A DNA stretch of 63,810 bases from the NCBI GenBank assembly GCA_051294375.1, contig CM119266.1, positions 6,341,431-6,405,240 of the forward strand. The letters run 5' to 3'. The notes below the pieces were generated by a model. The model had not been told where the DNA came from and ran no database searches. It saw only the letters and a program-made list of their open reading frames with translations. Source of the stretch: Paraspadella gotoi (lineage: Eukaryota > Animalia > Chaetognatha). The first letter of the stretch is position 1, and each line of letters opens with the position of its first letter. Made by a program: the position numbers and the translations under genes. Below are positions 12,162-26,197 of this stretch, one piece after another.

Positions 12162-12652
12162 ATAAAATTTATTTTAAAACTTTTTTATACAAAAATGTTC
12201 ATTAGTTACTAGTTATAAACGACCAGGTAACTTGCCTATCTAATTAGTATAATGTTGTTCGTTCCTTACTTTAGAATTTTAATTAAAGTGAAATTTAGAA
12301 TTTTTACTACGCTTTACTACATAGTCTTTGACAACAACAATTTTTATTCAATTGATGAGAGTATGATCGTAATTTATTTTTGTATTTATCTATTTTATGA
12401 ATAATAGATTTTTATAAATATACAATTAAAGTTTTTTTTTTCTTTTTTGAAAATGTACAGAGGGAATAAAGAGTTTTAAATAGGTCCAATTAAGCCCGAA
12501 GTTAATTTTCCTAGACATGGTATTCATCATTTTTTTGTCTTTTAGTAATAAACCAAAATAAAACACCCAAAAACTAAATTGATAGATATAAATACATATA
12601 ATAAATAATTCCACAACAATTAAGTTTTGAAATTTTTTATACAAATTGTCTA

Positions 12653-12865
12653 TCAAAAAATTCTCTCTAAAAAGTTTCGTAAAAAATTCGGGAGAATTCT
12701 GAATTCGGTCGACTCGGTCGTTGACGGCGGCTGGGGCGGTGGCGGTGGCGGCGGCGCCTGGATGGCGAAAGGGTTACGGATAAAAATGACGAAAACGACG
12801 ACGAAGACGACTACGACGGTCCCCACGGTAATCCAGGGTCGACGGATCGACGTCCGGCTCATCAT
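12653..12865 (-). CDS. Putative 70-aa single-pass (type II) membrane microprotein with a poly-Pro stalk
   Basis: [70 protein letters not shown]. Basic residues precede the hydrophobic segment, the start context is ACAACAATG, there is a pyrimidine-rich acceptor (TTTTTTCCTAG) ~48 nt upstream, and the ORF is an isolated GC island. No recognisable homolog. Confidence 0.5.
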   Translation of the reverse strand: MMSRTSIRRPWITVGTVVVVFVVVFVIFIRNPFAIQAPPPPPPPQPPSTTESTEFRILPNFLRNFLERIF

Positions 12866-15601
12866 TGTTGTCTTTTATACGATCAGATTTATGGGCGAAT
12901 CGTTTCTACTATCTAGGAAAAAAGTATATCACATTTTTAATATAGGATATCTACTTATTTTTATTTTAAGAAAAATTAGAATGTTTCTGAATCTACATCA
13001 AATTTTTCTTTTAGTAGCTTCCTTCTTCTTTTTTTTTGTAGGTCAAATCGTTTAGAAGTTACAGGCAAAAAAATATTGTTGCTTCAAATGAAAAATGGTG
13101 AAAAAAGTTATTTACTATTTTTGGTATTTAGTTATTTGTTTTTATTTTGAATAAAGTTTTTTTTAATATTTTTTTTTAATTTGGCAATGCTAAAGGCTTT
13201 GTAGTTTAACAATTATTTTCATAGTTTAAAATCTTAATCACAATACTGCTTACTTATTTACATTGCATAAATATATTTTACTGTACTAACTGAATTTTAA
13301 TTTTTTTTTAATTTCCCTTTCTCAATCTAACTGACCTTAACATGTAATCAAACATTCTCTTTTTTTCTCTCTCTCTCTTTTTCACTCTCCCTCTTTCTCT
13401 CTCTTTCTCTCTCTCTTTTTTTTTCTCTCTCTTTCTTTTTCTCTCTCCTTGTCTTATTAAAAAAGACTATCATTTTGCATAAAAAGAGCAAATAAATATC
13501 CTTCTTTAAAATTACGGGGAACAGACAATTTTAATTGTAAAAAGTTAATTTTACTTAACTTACTTTACCAACTCCAACATTAGTTGATTTTTTTATGTTT
13601 TGTTTTGTTTTTTGTTATTACAATTTTTTATTTGATGAATTCCTTTTTAATTTATTTTTATTAAAAAAAAATATTTTTTATTACTTAGTTTTCTCATTAT
13701 AATAAAAGTTGGCAAATTAAGCGATTTTAATGGTTAACTGGTTAAATTTTAGCATTTTAACCGATAATTAAAATTTTTTAAATTAACCATTTTTTTACGC
13801 CTAGTCAATGCCGAAGAATGGTATACCAAATATTGAGAATGTTTTACCCATATTTTGTATACTTTTTATTGAATAAATGAATTATGTGATATACTTTTTT
13901 CCGAGATAGTAACTTAGCATTGGTCATGAGATCAGGAAAAACCGTAACGTGAACAGCTGATTTGAGGCTGTCCCTTTGCGTTAAAAGTTTGACAATCAAC
14001 AGTCCTTTTATTTTAATTGAGAATAAAATTGAACTCTGCAAGATGGAAAGGAGGAAGAGGAGGAGAAGGAGGAGGAGGAGGAGAACAATAGTTGGAAAAG
14101 AATAATTTTGAACTTTGATTAATGTAAAAACAATAACAAAACTAAAAGTTAGAATGTAAACCGTACAGGAATAAACCTACGCTTAAACTTAGTTAAAGTT
14201 AAAAGTTAGACAGTTTAAAGTGATTTATACTGAATACTTAAGTTAATTAAATGAAATGATTTTATGAAAGAGAACTAAATATGATTTTAGAGATTTGCTT
14301 AAAGAGGCCCGGACGTTTCTTTAGTTTTCTTTTTTTATTTATTTATTTTTTTAATTGTTGTTTTTGTTCTTAAAATAACGAGAGTGCTTTTTTAAATTTC
14401 TCTAAAAAAGACTTCGAATTATGTTTTATACGGTATAATTTTATTTTCAATAATTATTACAATTCATTTATTATTTTTTAAATTGTTTGCCAACATATTT
14501 TCCGTCGATTCGAAGCTGAGGTATTCAGCGTCGTTTCAGTTCGGTCATTCAAAGTTGACAGGAAAAACCAGTTAATCCGGTCTTACTTTTACTCTTTCTC
14601 TTCCCAGTAGTTTTTTTTTTTAGAGTAAACTGGTTAAAAATGATTTTTTTTTAGAGGAAGGACAAAAAAAAGTTATTGTTTTCCATTAATGAAAAGTTAA
14701 ATTATAAAATATAAATGAGGTCGAATCGATTCGTAGTTATGAGTTGTTGTTTCAGTTCAAAGTTTCGCGTGTTTCAAATTCGGCCGCACGAAAGCTAAAA
14801 AGGAAAGTCCGAATTTGGTTTCTTTCTTTTTTTTCTTTTTTCTTTCTATTTTTTCTTTCTTTCTATATTTCTAAGTTGCTTGTTTCTTTCTTTCTTTCTT
14901 TTTCTCTTTCGTCCTAACTTTAATTCAGTCATTCATTCCTTCATTAGATTATTAATATCTTTTCATCTTTCTCATTATTCGTTTTCCTCATGCGCCGCGA
15001 AGCTCGTTAGCGTTCGTCAGATTGTTTCCATACAATATTTGTTTCTACCCTCGTTCGTTTGTTTGCTCGGTCCATTGTTCCTTTGTTAGTTGGTTAACTC
15101 CATTGTTTATTCGTTCGTCGTCGCCAACGTCGATGGACTCCTCTTTTGTTTCTTCTTGGAAGCGCTTCTCTAAGTCTTCATTATCTCCGAAACTCTTGTT
15201 TATTTGTTTGTTTATGGTTTAGTTATTTAGTGTAAGAACAATTAAATCGAAATTTAAAGGTCATGGTAGATATATTTTTTTGGTAAAATCATGAGAATTG
15301 GTACATTTATCAAAACGCGTTCATATCCTACTTTCCCTTTACTTAATTATCGGAACCATTTTCAACTAGAGATTGAAAGATGCCAAGATGGCTTAGAGGG
15401 CTAACGTGGCAAAACCCAACCATGGATTACGGTTCTCCCCACACTCCCTCGACAAAGTACGAAATAATATCAACAGGGACACCGCCCCGCCCAGTTCATC
15501 ACTGACGGCTGAAATTATCAAAAATTTTAAAATCTCTCTCTCTCTCTCTCTCTCACTCTCTATCTCTCTCACTGCTCTAAATCTCTCTCTCTCCTTCATC
15601 G

Positions 15602-15632
<31 letters not shown>

Positions 15633-15956
15633 ACTCTCTATCTCTCTCACTCTCTCTTACTCTCTCCCACTCTCTCTCACTAATGAATACTTAAAAACGT
15701 CCTCCCTTCATTAAAATCCCATTTCCCTCCGAGGTCAAAGCGAGGTCGACCAACATCGCTCATCGCCATGACAACCGATCTTTGAACGTCGTTAATGTTG
15801 TTGTTGTTTTTGGAACCATCTGGCGACCGAAGGAAGAATCTATGTTGCGCATCCGGTGCCGAGAGAAGAATCATCCGGGGCCGATACGAAAATCGTCCGG
15901 TGCCAAGGGGAGGAACATTCGTGCCTTCGTCGGACTGGTCATTGGTCAATTTGGTG

Positions 15957-16060
<104 letters not shown>

Positions 16061-16367
16061 AAGAGAGAGAGGACAGAGACAGAGACAGAGAGAGAGAACT
16101 ACAATTAGTTTTAATCTAAACAACGACAAAGTATTTGCAAATCTTCTGGAAAATTATTCAACTCTCTAAAATGATTAATATAAAAATGTAAAACAAACAA
16201 TAAGATTCAAGTTGCCTTTAATGAATTTATTAATCACAATCAAGACAGCAAGTTTATCACAGTTTCAAAACGTAAGAAACACAAAAATTTAACCATTACA
16301 ATAAATAATTTAAACAATACAATAAAGAATATTGAAGTTGAACAGAGCCTCTTCCAGACTGACTTCT

Positions 16368-17051
16368 TCAGCAAGAACATTTGCATTTTGTGATGACGGG
16401 AAACTTGACCGCTATCCACCGGCAGTTGGAGTCTGGATTGAAAGGCTCCACCTCAGCCTTTCCCCACCTTCTGCTGCCGCAGAAGCGACGCAGCAGCGTG
16501 AGGTGAGATTCTTCCGCGGGTTTGCATCCCATTCCCGAAGGAAAGCTGCAGGTCTTCTTGGCGGAGCAGCTGCCGCTGCGGACGTAGCGCGGCCAGAACT
16601 TCTCGCCCAGATCCGTCCACTCGTAGACGACGGGACACTGGGCGCGGGAGGTCAGGATCTTGATCAACTTGCGGCGAAGTTTCTTGGAGGCTCCGCCGAC
16701 GCCGCCGACGTCGCCGAGAAGCTCGTCCACTCGATTCTCGATTCGGCGAGCGGCGTCGTCGTCGGTTTTGGAGACGAGCGTCGAATGGCGCCGCCCTTTC
16801 GGTCGTTCGACCGACATGAAGTCGGCGACGAAATTTTCGGTTCCGAGAAGTCGTAGCATCTTCGCGGCCTCGTTGACCGACGCCGTCGAATGAGAGGCGG
16901 CGTCGTGGATGGAAAGCGGCGCCGAATGTCGCGTCGAAGGCTTCAACATCTCGAATTGACGCCGGAGGAGTTGGCGCCGCGAGATTGACATGGATGAGGA
17001 GGTGGAGATGAGGAGGAGGAGGATGGAAAGCATGGCAAGCATGGCAGACAT
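16368..17051 (-). CDS. NOG-like: Noggin-like protein C, 227 aa, intronless, intact
   Basis: Signal peptide MSAMLAMLSILLLLISTSSS; LRLLGTENFVADFMS; CPVVYEWTDLGEKFWPRYVRSGSC...KFPVITKCKCSC with nine cysteines. Confidence 0.95.
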   Translation of the reverse strand: MSAMLAMLSILLLLISTSSSMSISRRQLLRRQFEMLKPSTRHSAPLSIHDAASHSTASVNEAAKMLRLLGTENFVADFMSVERPKGRRHSTLVSKTDDDAARRIENRVDELLGDVGGVGGASKKLRRKLIKILTSRAQCPVVYEWTDLGEKFWPRYVRSGSCSAKKTCSFPSGMGCKPAEESHLTLLRRFCGSRRWGKAEVEPFNPDSNCRWIAVKFPVITKCKCSC

Positions 17052-17190
17052 GGTGAGGAGACAGGGAGAGTTTTTGATTGAGAAGTAGAAGAAGATTTCG
17101 TTGGATAAATGGGTAAGGCTTTTTTGAGAGAAGGTGAGTGAGTTGAAAGGTTAGTTTCGATTCTGGATTTTTTGGCGAAAAGACGTCGAC

Positions 17191-17197
17191 TTTTATA
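17191..17197 (-). promoter_or_regulatory. Candidate TATA box of noggin-like C
   Basis: TATAAAA on the - strand, ~140 nt upstream of the ATG at 17051. Confidence 0.45.
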
Positions 17198-17240
17198 GAG
17201 AGAATCCAGGCGTGACGACGACGATGACGATGAAGCCGAA

Positions 17241-17278
<38 letters not shown>

Positions 17279-17452
17279 CAAAGTTAATGTCGATTAAGGC
17301 GAACAATTGTCTCCTCGATAAAGACGCGTTGGACGACGATAAAAACGACGATGACAAAGACGACGATATGAGGAAATGGACTACGGTCGGCGTTGTCGTT
17401 AAAAATGGACTTGGATTGCCGCCCACGAGAGATAGGGAGGAGAAAGAAGAGA

Positions 17453-17496
<44 letters not shown>

Positions 17497-17619
17497 ATGG
17501 TCACTTCCGACCAAAATGTTACTTGAAATTGAAATGAATTCACTTTATCAACATTAAATGCAATAATATGTCTGTGAAGAGGAAACTTGAGCGTAAGTCT
17601 AAGCTAACAGAGTGTCGAG

Positions 17620-17682
17620 TCAAGTGTCAAGTGTCAAGTGTCAAGTGTCAAGTGTCAAGTGTCAAGTGTCAAGTGTCAAGTG
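17620..17682 (+). repeat. (TCAAGTG)9 heptamer array matching the NK2/Tinman site
   Basis: Nine perfect TCAAGTG units between the divergent starts of noggin-like C (17051) and the Ser-rich gene (18091). Confidence 0.9.
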
Positions 17683-18090
17683 TCAACTCAGTTAACACAG
17701 CCAGTCTGTCAACTGGTAGATATCATCTATTTACTATTCTATTTTCCATTTTTTTCCTCTTTTCTTTTTTTTCCCCCGATTTTTCATTTTTCATTTTTTC
17801 TATTCCTCATTTTCTTTTCTTCATTCTCTAATCTTCATTCTTCACTTTAATAATTTATTTTCATTTTTCAATTTTCATACGTAGTCAACTTCAAAATGTA
17901 TAATTTTCTCTTTCGGAGGTAGAAAAAAACTTTTTAACGAATTTCAAATTTTCCATTTAGATTAAAAACGTTTTTTAAAATTCGATCGATGATTTGAACA
18001 AAAAGCAGAAAAATCCGATTTACTGAAATTAAAAAGATAAAAAAAGAGAAACCGTTGTTCCGTTGAGCTGAAGTCAAAGCATAACTGAAA

Positions 18091-21000
18091 ATGGGGGGGA
18101 AACTGGCAACACTGTTGCTGCTGTTGTCCGTTTTGACGTTTGAATCTGGATTCAGTAAACCATCGTTTCGTCCAGGTGTTTATGTATTTAGGTATTATAC
18201 AAGCCAGTTTCTCTCTCTCCTTTTTTCTTTCTTTCTTTTTCCCATCTTTCTCTCTCTTTCTTTGACTCTCTCTGTCTATTTCTCTCTCACTTTCTACGAA
18301 AAAATCATAAAGTCTCTCTGTGACCCTTTTGATTACATCATTAATTGATTGTACCGATCAATTGATATTAAATCGAGTTATCAAACGTTTCCAGTTGCAA
18401 AGGAACAAGAACACGAACACAGACGCTTGGCTCGAAATTTCGGTAAAATAAATTACAAAAATGCAAAAATATTAAAATTATGATGAAAAATAATGATTAA
18501 AAATAATGATTACAAAATTAAGGAAACAATTTTTATTTACGCCGCTGTCAATCGACTACCGACGCAAAGACTGTATTTGTTGCATTTCCTCATGTTATGT
18601 ATTTTTTTTTAAATTTTCCTGCATTTCCGATTTCAGGTCAACCAGAAGAACTAGAACAAGAACAAGAAAAAAAAGAAGAACAAGAAGAAAAAGAGAAAAC
18701 GAAACAAGACGCGTTGCGTTTCGCCGAAGACGATTACGACGACGACAACGACGACGACAATAATGACAACGGCGACTACGACAACAACGACGACGCTTCC
18801 TACGCCGACGACGACGACGACGGGGTTGATTACGCGACGGAAAGCGACACCACCCCGAATCCCTCGTCGACGGAGGCTGAAGGTTCCGGGGAAGCCTCGC
18901 GGAACAACGTGAGCCAGTCGCAGAACAACATCACCGAGTTAAAGAATGAAATCGGCAACGTCGTCGATCAGGTTAAACAATTAACGAGACAACAACCACG
19001 ACAACAACAACATCGAAAACAATTTGTCTTGCATAACTTTAAAAACTACTGAATAAACTATAAAGTAAATGTTGTCAGTAACGTAGTGGATTAGGAACTA
19101 AGAAGCCACTGTGGCGGATTATGGTCGTCACCAGGCTGTCCGTCACTTGGCTATCAACCCGCTACCTGGTGGCCATGAGCTGATGGGTTTACTTGATGAA
19201 GGAACTAGTAATCTATTGGCTGTGATAACCGGGTCCATTATAAATGATCGCTACGGTCAGTGATCCAAACCTAGTTCGTATTTTCAATTTTTTTAAAGGA
19301 AGTGTTCTTTTGTTCAAAGGCGACAGTTTAATAACTTTAACATTTACTGTTTACGGTTACGGTTTATTATTAATGAATTTACGAATTATTTTTAGGTCGC
19401 CATGAAAGAGATGAGTTTATTAGAAACGGAAATTATGAGTGGCGTTTCAGAGATAATTCAGAGAGGCGGAAATCTTCTACAAAGTCCTTCAGGTAAGGGA
19501 ACAGCTTGATGAACACATAAAACATTGAAATAAATCTTATAATTTATTCAGATATTCTTTTATCTCTTCTGAAAATGCAGCTTCTGGGCCACAATCAAAA
19601 CCAATCAATGAGTCATCTAATGCAGAAATTAATGCGTTTGAGCTACAATTGAAACCAGTCCATGAGAATTCTAAGTGGAGAAATCTCTCTGAGAGTATTA
19701 TTTCTGAACCACAATCAAAACCAAGCAGTGAATCATCTAATGCAGAGAGTTCTTCTGAGAGTATTATTTCTGAACACAATCAATACCAAGCAGTGAATCA
19801 TCTAATGCAGAAAGTTCTTCTGAGAGTATTATTTCTGAACCACAATCCAAACCAAGCAGTGAATCATCTAATGCAGAAAGTTCTTCTGAGAGTATTATTT
19901 CTGAACCACAATCAATACCAAGCAGTGAATCATCTAATACAGAAAGTTCTTCTGAGAGTATTATTTCTGAACCACAATCCAAACCAAGCAGTGAATCATC
20001 TAAATCAAAAGTTCTTCTGAGAGTATTATTTCTGAACCACAATCAATACCAAGCAGTGAATCATCTAATGCAGAAAGTTCTTCTGAGAGTATTATTCTTG
20101 AACCACAATCCAAACCAAGCAGTGAATCATCTAATCAAAAAGTTCTTCTGAGAGTATTATTTCTGAACCACAATCCAAACCAAGTCAGTGAATCATCTAA
20201 AGCAGAAAGTTCTTCTGAGAGTATTATTTCTGAACCACAATCCAAACCAAGCAGTGAATCATCTAAATCAGAAAAGTTCTTCTAGAAGTATTATTTCTAA
20301 CCACAATCTAAACAAGCAGTGAATCATCTAATAGCAGAAAGTTCTTCTGAGAGTATTATTTCTGAATCACAAATCCAAACCACAGTGAATCATCTAAATC
20401 AGAAAGTTTCTCTGAGGTATGTATTTCTGAAACCACAATCAAACCAAGCAGTGAATCATCTAAGCAGAAAGTTTTCTTAAGAGTTCTATTTCGAACCACA
20501 ATCCAAACCAACAGTGCAATCATCTAAAGCAGAAACAGTTCTTCTGATGAGTTCTATTCTGAACCACCAATTCCAAACCAAGCAGTGAATCATCTAAATC
20601 AGAAAGTTCCTTCTGAGAGTATTATTTCTTGAACCACAATCCAAACCAATCATGAATCATCTAAAGCAGAAAGTTCTTCTGAGAGTATTTAGTTCTAAGC
20701 CACAATCCAAAACCAAGCAGTGAATCATCTAATCAGAAAAGTTCTTCTGAGAGTATTATTTCTGAACCACAATCAAACCAAGCAGTGAATCATCTAATCA
20801 GAAAGTTCTTCTGAGAGTATTATTTCTAACACAAATCCAAACCAACAGTGAATCATCTAATGCAGAAAGTTCTTCTGTGAGTATTATTTCTGAACCACAA
20901 TCCAAACCGCAGTGAATCATCTAAAATCAGAAAGTTTTTCTAATGAGTTCTATTTCTGAACCACATCCAAACAAGCAAGTGAATCATCAAATCAGAAAAG

Positions 21001-24000
21001 TTCTTCTGAGAGTATTATTTCTGAACCACAATCTCAACACAATCAGGGAAATCATCTAAACGCCAGAAAGTATCATCTATCAGGTTCTCTAAGAGTTCTA
21101 ATTTCTGAACCACAATCCAAAACCAAGCATGTGCAATTTCATTGCTAAATCAGAAAGTTCTTCTGAGAGTTCTATTTCTGAACCTCAATCAAAACCAAGC
21201 AGTAAATCATCTAAAGCAGAAAGTTCTTCTGAGAGTATTATATCTGAACCACAATCCAAACCAAGCAGTGAATCATCTCATGCAGAAAGTTCTTCTGAGA
21301 GTACTATTTCTAAACCACAATCCAAACCAAGCAGTAAATCATCTAATGCAGAAAGTTCTTCTGAGAGTATTATTTCTGAACCACAGTCCAAACCAAGCAG
21401 TGAATCATCTAATGCAGAAAGTTCTTCTGAGAGTATTATTTCTGAACCACAATCCAAACCAAGCAGTGAATCATCTAAATCAGAAAGTTCTTTTAAGAGT
21501 TCTATTTCTGAACCACAATTCAAACCAAGCAGTAAATCATCAAATGCACAAAGTTCTGACAGTATCATTTCTGAACCACAATCAAAATCAAGCACTAAAT
21601 TATCTAAAGCAGAAAGTTCTGAGAGTATTATTTCTGAACCACAATCAAAACCAAGCCTGGGTTCAGAAATAATACTCTCAGAAGTAAATCACTGCTATTA
21701 GTTGATTCCACTGCTGAGATTGGATTGGGTTCAGAAATAGAACTCTAGAAGAATGTTCTGCATTAGATGATTCACTGCCTTGGTATTTGAGTTGGTGGTT
21801 TCAGAAATAGTACTCCAGTAAGGAATTCTGCATTACATGATTTACTGCTTGGTATTTGATGTGGTTCAGAAATCAATACTCTAGAGGACTTTTCTGCATT
21901 AATGATTTAGCTGCTTGGTTTTGATTGTGGTTCAGAAATAAATCTTCGAGAATTTCATAAGATTTACTGCGTTTTGCGTTTTTAGAAAACTAATCGTTTT
22001 ACATATTAGTGCTTGATTTTGATTGTGGTTTCAGAAAATGATACTGTCAGAACTTTTGCATTTGTTGATTTACTGCTTGGTTTGAATTTGGTTCAGAAAT
22101 AGAACTCTTAAGAAGAACTTTCTGATTTTAGATGATTTCACTGCTGTGTTTGGATTGTTGATTCAGAAATAATACTCTCAGAAGAACTTTTCCTGCCAGT
22201 TAGATGATTCAACTGGCTTGGTTTGGACTGTGGTGTAGAAATAATACTCTCAGAAGAACTTTCTGCATTAGATGAATTTACTGCTTGGTTTGGATTGTGG
22301 TTTAGAAATTAGTAACTCTCAGCAAGAACTTCTGCATGAAGATGATTCACTGCTTGGTTTGGATGTGGTTCAGATATAATACTCTCAGGAAGAACTCTTC
22401 TGCGTTTAGATGATTTACTGCTTGGTTTTGATTGAGTCTCAGAAATATAAACTCTCAAGAAGAACCTTTTCTTTGCATGAATTCATCTTGTTGATTGGGT
22501 TAGAATAGAACTTTACACTCTGGCTAGATTCTAGTTGGATTGTGGTTCAGAAATAATACTCTCAGAAGAACTTTCTGATTTTAGATGATTCACTGCTTGT
22601 GTTTGGATCGTGGTTCAGAAATAGAACTCTTAGAAAAACTTTCTGTCTTTAGATGCATTCACTGCTGGTTTGGATTGTGGTTCAGAAACTGAACTCCTTA
22701 GAAGAACTTTCTGCTTTAGATGATTCACTGGATTGGTTTGGATTTGTGATTCAGAAATAATACTCTCAGAAGAACTTTCTGAATTTAGAGGATTCACTGC
22801 TTGATAGATTGTGGTTCAGAAATAAATACTCTTCAGAAGAACTTTTCTGATTTAGATGATTCACTGCTTGGTTTGGATGTGGGTTCAGAACATAATACTC
22901 TTCCAAAGAACTTTCTGCTTTAAGATGATTCATTTGATTGGTTTGGATTGTGGTCAGAAATAATTACTCTCAGAAAGAATTTCTGATTAGATGATTCACC
23001 TGCTGGTTTGCGATTGTGGTTCGAGAATAGATACTCATCAGAAGAACTTTTCTGCATTTAGATGATTCCACTGCTTGGTATTGGATTGTGGTTTGAAACT
23101 ATGAAACTCTTAAGAAGAACTTCTCGAATTAGATGATTCACTGCTTTGGTTTTGGATTGTGGTTCAGAAATAATTACCTCAGAAAACTTTCTGTATTTAG
23201 ATGATCACTGCTGGATTGGATTGGTTTCAGAAATAATACTCTCAGAGAACTTTCTGTATTAGATGATTTACCTTATTGAGCTGTGTTAGAAGAATTACTT
23301 TGAGATTTCTGTCATTAGAGCCTTCTTGGTTTGATGTCAAATAATACTCTCAAAGATTGCATAAATACCTCTGTAAAGATGTGTTCAGAATAACTCTAGA
23401 TTTTGCATTAGAGATTACTGGCTAGGATTGTGTTCGAAATACTCTCAGAAGAACTTTCTCGGCTAGAGTTCACCTTGATCGATTGTGGTTCAGAAATATA
23501 TTAAAACTTTGCAGTTTCATGGTGATGAGAAATACTCTCATGACTTCTTTAATGATTCACGTGTGATGATTGTTGAAATATTCAAGACTCTGCTTAGATG
23601 TTCTGTTGTTGATTGTGGTTCAGAAATAATATTCATCTCTGCATTAATGTTCACTGTTGATGAATTTCGCATTATCCTCAAGAATCCTTTAGATGATCAT
23701 CTCATTTGAGGGTAACATACTCTGGGGATCTACTTGATTTCTGGATGGTTTCAATTGTAGCTCAAAACGCATTCAATTTCTTGCATTAAGGATGACTCAT
23801 TTGATTGGTTTTGTATTGTGGCCCAGAAGCTGCATTTTCAGAAGAGATAAAAGAATATCTGAATAAATTATAGATTTATTTCAATGTCTTTACTGTTCAT
23901 CAAGCTGTTCCCTTACCTGAAGGACTTTGTAGAAGGATTTTCCGCCTCTCTGAATTTATCTCTGAAACGCCACTCATAATTTTCCTGTTTCTAATAAACC

Positions 24001-26148
24001 TCATACTGCTTTTCATGGCGACCCTAAAATAATTCGTAAATTTCATTAATAATAAACCGTAACGTTAAACAGTACATGTCTTTAAGTTATTTAAACTGTC
24101 GCCTTATGAACAAAAAACACTTCCTTTAAAAAAATTGAAAATACGAAACTTAGGTTTGGATCACCCTGACCGTCAGCGAATCATTTATAATGACCCGTTA
24201 TTCACCCAGCCAATAGATTACAGTTCCTTCATCAAGTAAACCATCAGCTCATTGGCCACCAGGTAGCGGGTTGATAGCCAAGTGACGACAGCCTTGGTGA
24301 ACTGACCATAATCCGCCACAGTGGCTTCTTAGTTCCTAATCCACTAGTTACTGACAAACATTTACTTTATATTTATTCAGCTAGTTTTTTAAAGTTATCG
24401 GCAAGACAAATTGTTTATCGATGTTGTTGTTGTCGCTGGTTGTATGTCTCGTTTAATTGTTTAACCTGATCGACGGGACGTTGCCGATTTCATTCTTTAA
24501 CTCCGCGTGTTGTTTGTTCTGCGACTGGCTCACGTTGTTCCGCGCAGGGCCTTCCCCGAACCTTCAGCCTCCGTCGACGAGGGCATTCGGGATGTAGGTG
24601 TTCGCTTCTCCGTCGCCGTAATCAACCCCGTCGTCGGTCTCGTCGGCGTAGAGGAAGGCGTCGTCGTTGTTTGTCGTACGTCGCCGTTGTCATTATTGTC
24701 GTCCGTCGTTTGTCGTCGTTACGGTAATTGTCGTCGTCTTGCGCGGCGAAAAAACGCAACGCGTCTTTGTTTCCGTTTTCTCTTTTTCTTCTTGTTCTTT
24801 CTTTTCTTCTTGTTCTTGTTTCCTAGTTCATTTCTGGTTTACCTGGAAATCGAAATGCTAAGGAAAATCTTTTAAAACAAAAACTACATAACATGAGGAA
24901 ATGCAACAAATTACAGTCTTTGCGTCAGGTAGTGCGATTGGACAGCTGGCCTGTAAATAAAAATTGTTTCCTTAACTTTTCGTAATCACTTATTTTAATT
25001 CATTTATTTTTCATCATTGCAAGTCTTTAATATTTTTGCATTTTTGTAATTTATTTTAACCGAAATTTCGAAGCCAAGCGTTCTGTGTTGTGTTCTTGTC
25101 TTCCTTGGCAAACTGGGAACGTTTGATAACTCTATTTCAATATCAATTGAGTTCGGTACAATCAATTAATGATGTAATCAAAAGGGTCACAGAGAGACTT
25201 TATTGATTTTTTCGTAGAAAAGAGAGAAAATAACAGAGAGAGTCAAGCAAAGACGAGAGAACAGAGTGCGGCGAACAAAGAAGAGAAAGAAAAAAAGGAG
25301 AGAGAGAAACTGGCTTGGTATAATACCATTAAATACATAAACACCTGGACGAAACGATGGACTTTACTGAATACCAGGATTTCAAACGTGCAAAAACGGA
25401 CAAACAGCAGCAACAGTGTTGCGCAGTCTTCCCCCCATTTTCAGTTATGCTTATGACTTCACGCTCAACGGAACAATACGTTCTCTTCTCTCATTTTCCT
25501 AGTCTCTCTTTAACTTTACAGGTAATCGGATTTTTTCTGCTCTTTTTTGTCAAATCAATCGATTCGAATTTTTTTAAAAAAGACGTTTTTTAATCTAAAT
25601 GGGAAAAATTTGGAAATTCGCCTTTAAAAAGTTTTTTTCTACCTCCGAAAGAGAAAATGTATACATTTGAAGTTGACTACGTATGAAAATGAAAAAATTG
25701 AAAATAAATTATTAAATGAAGAATGAAGATTAGAGAATGAAAGAAAAAGAAAAATGAGCAATAGGGAAACAATGAAAAAATGAAAAGTCGGGGTGGGAAA
25801 AAAAAAGACAAAAGAGGAAAAAAATGCGAAAATAGAAAGTAAATAGATCGATTCTACCACGTTTGACAGACTGGCTGTGTTAACTGAGTTGACACTTGGA
25901 CACTTGACACTTGACACTTGACACTTGACACTTGACACTTGACACTTGACACTTGACACTTGACTTCGACACTCTGTTAGCTTTAGACTTACGCTTCAAG
26001 TTTCCTCTTCACAGAATATTATTGCATTTTAATGTTGATAAAGTGGAATTTCATGTTCAAATTTCAAGTAACATTTTGGTCGGAAGAGTGACCATTCTTT
26101 TCCTCCTCTATCTCTCTCTCTCTTCTCTCTCTCTCTCTCTCTTCTCCA

Positions 26149-26197
<49 letters not shown>

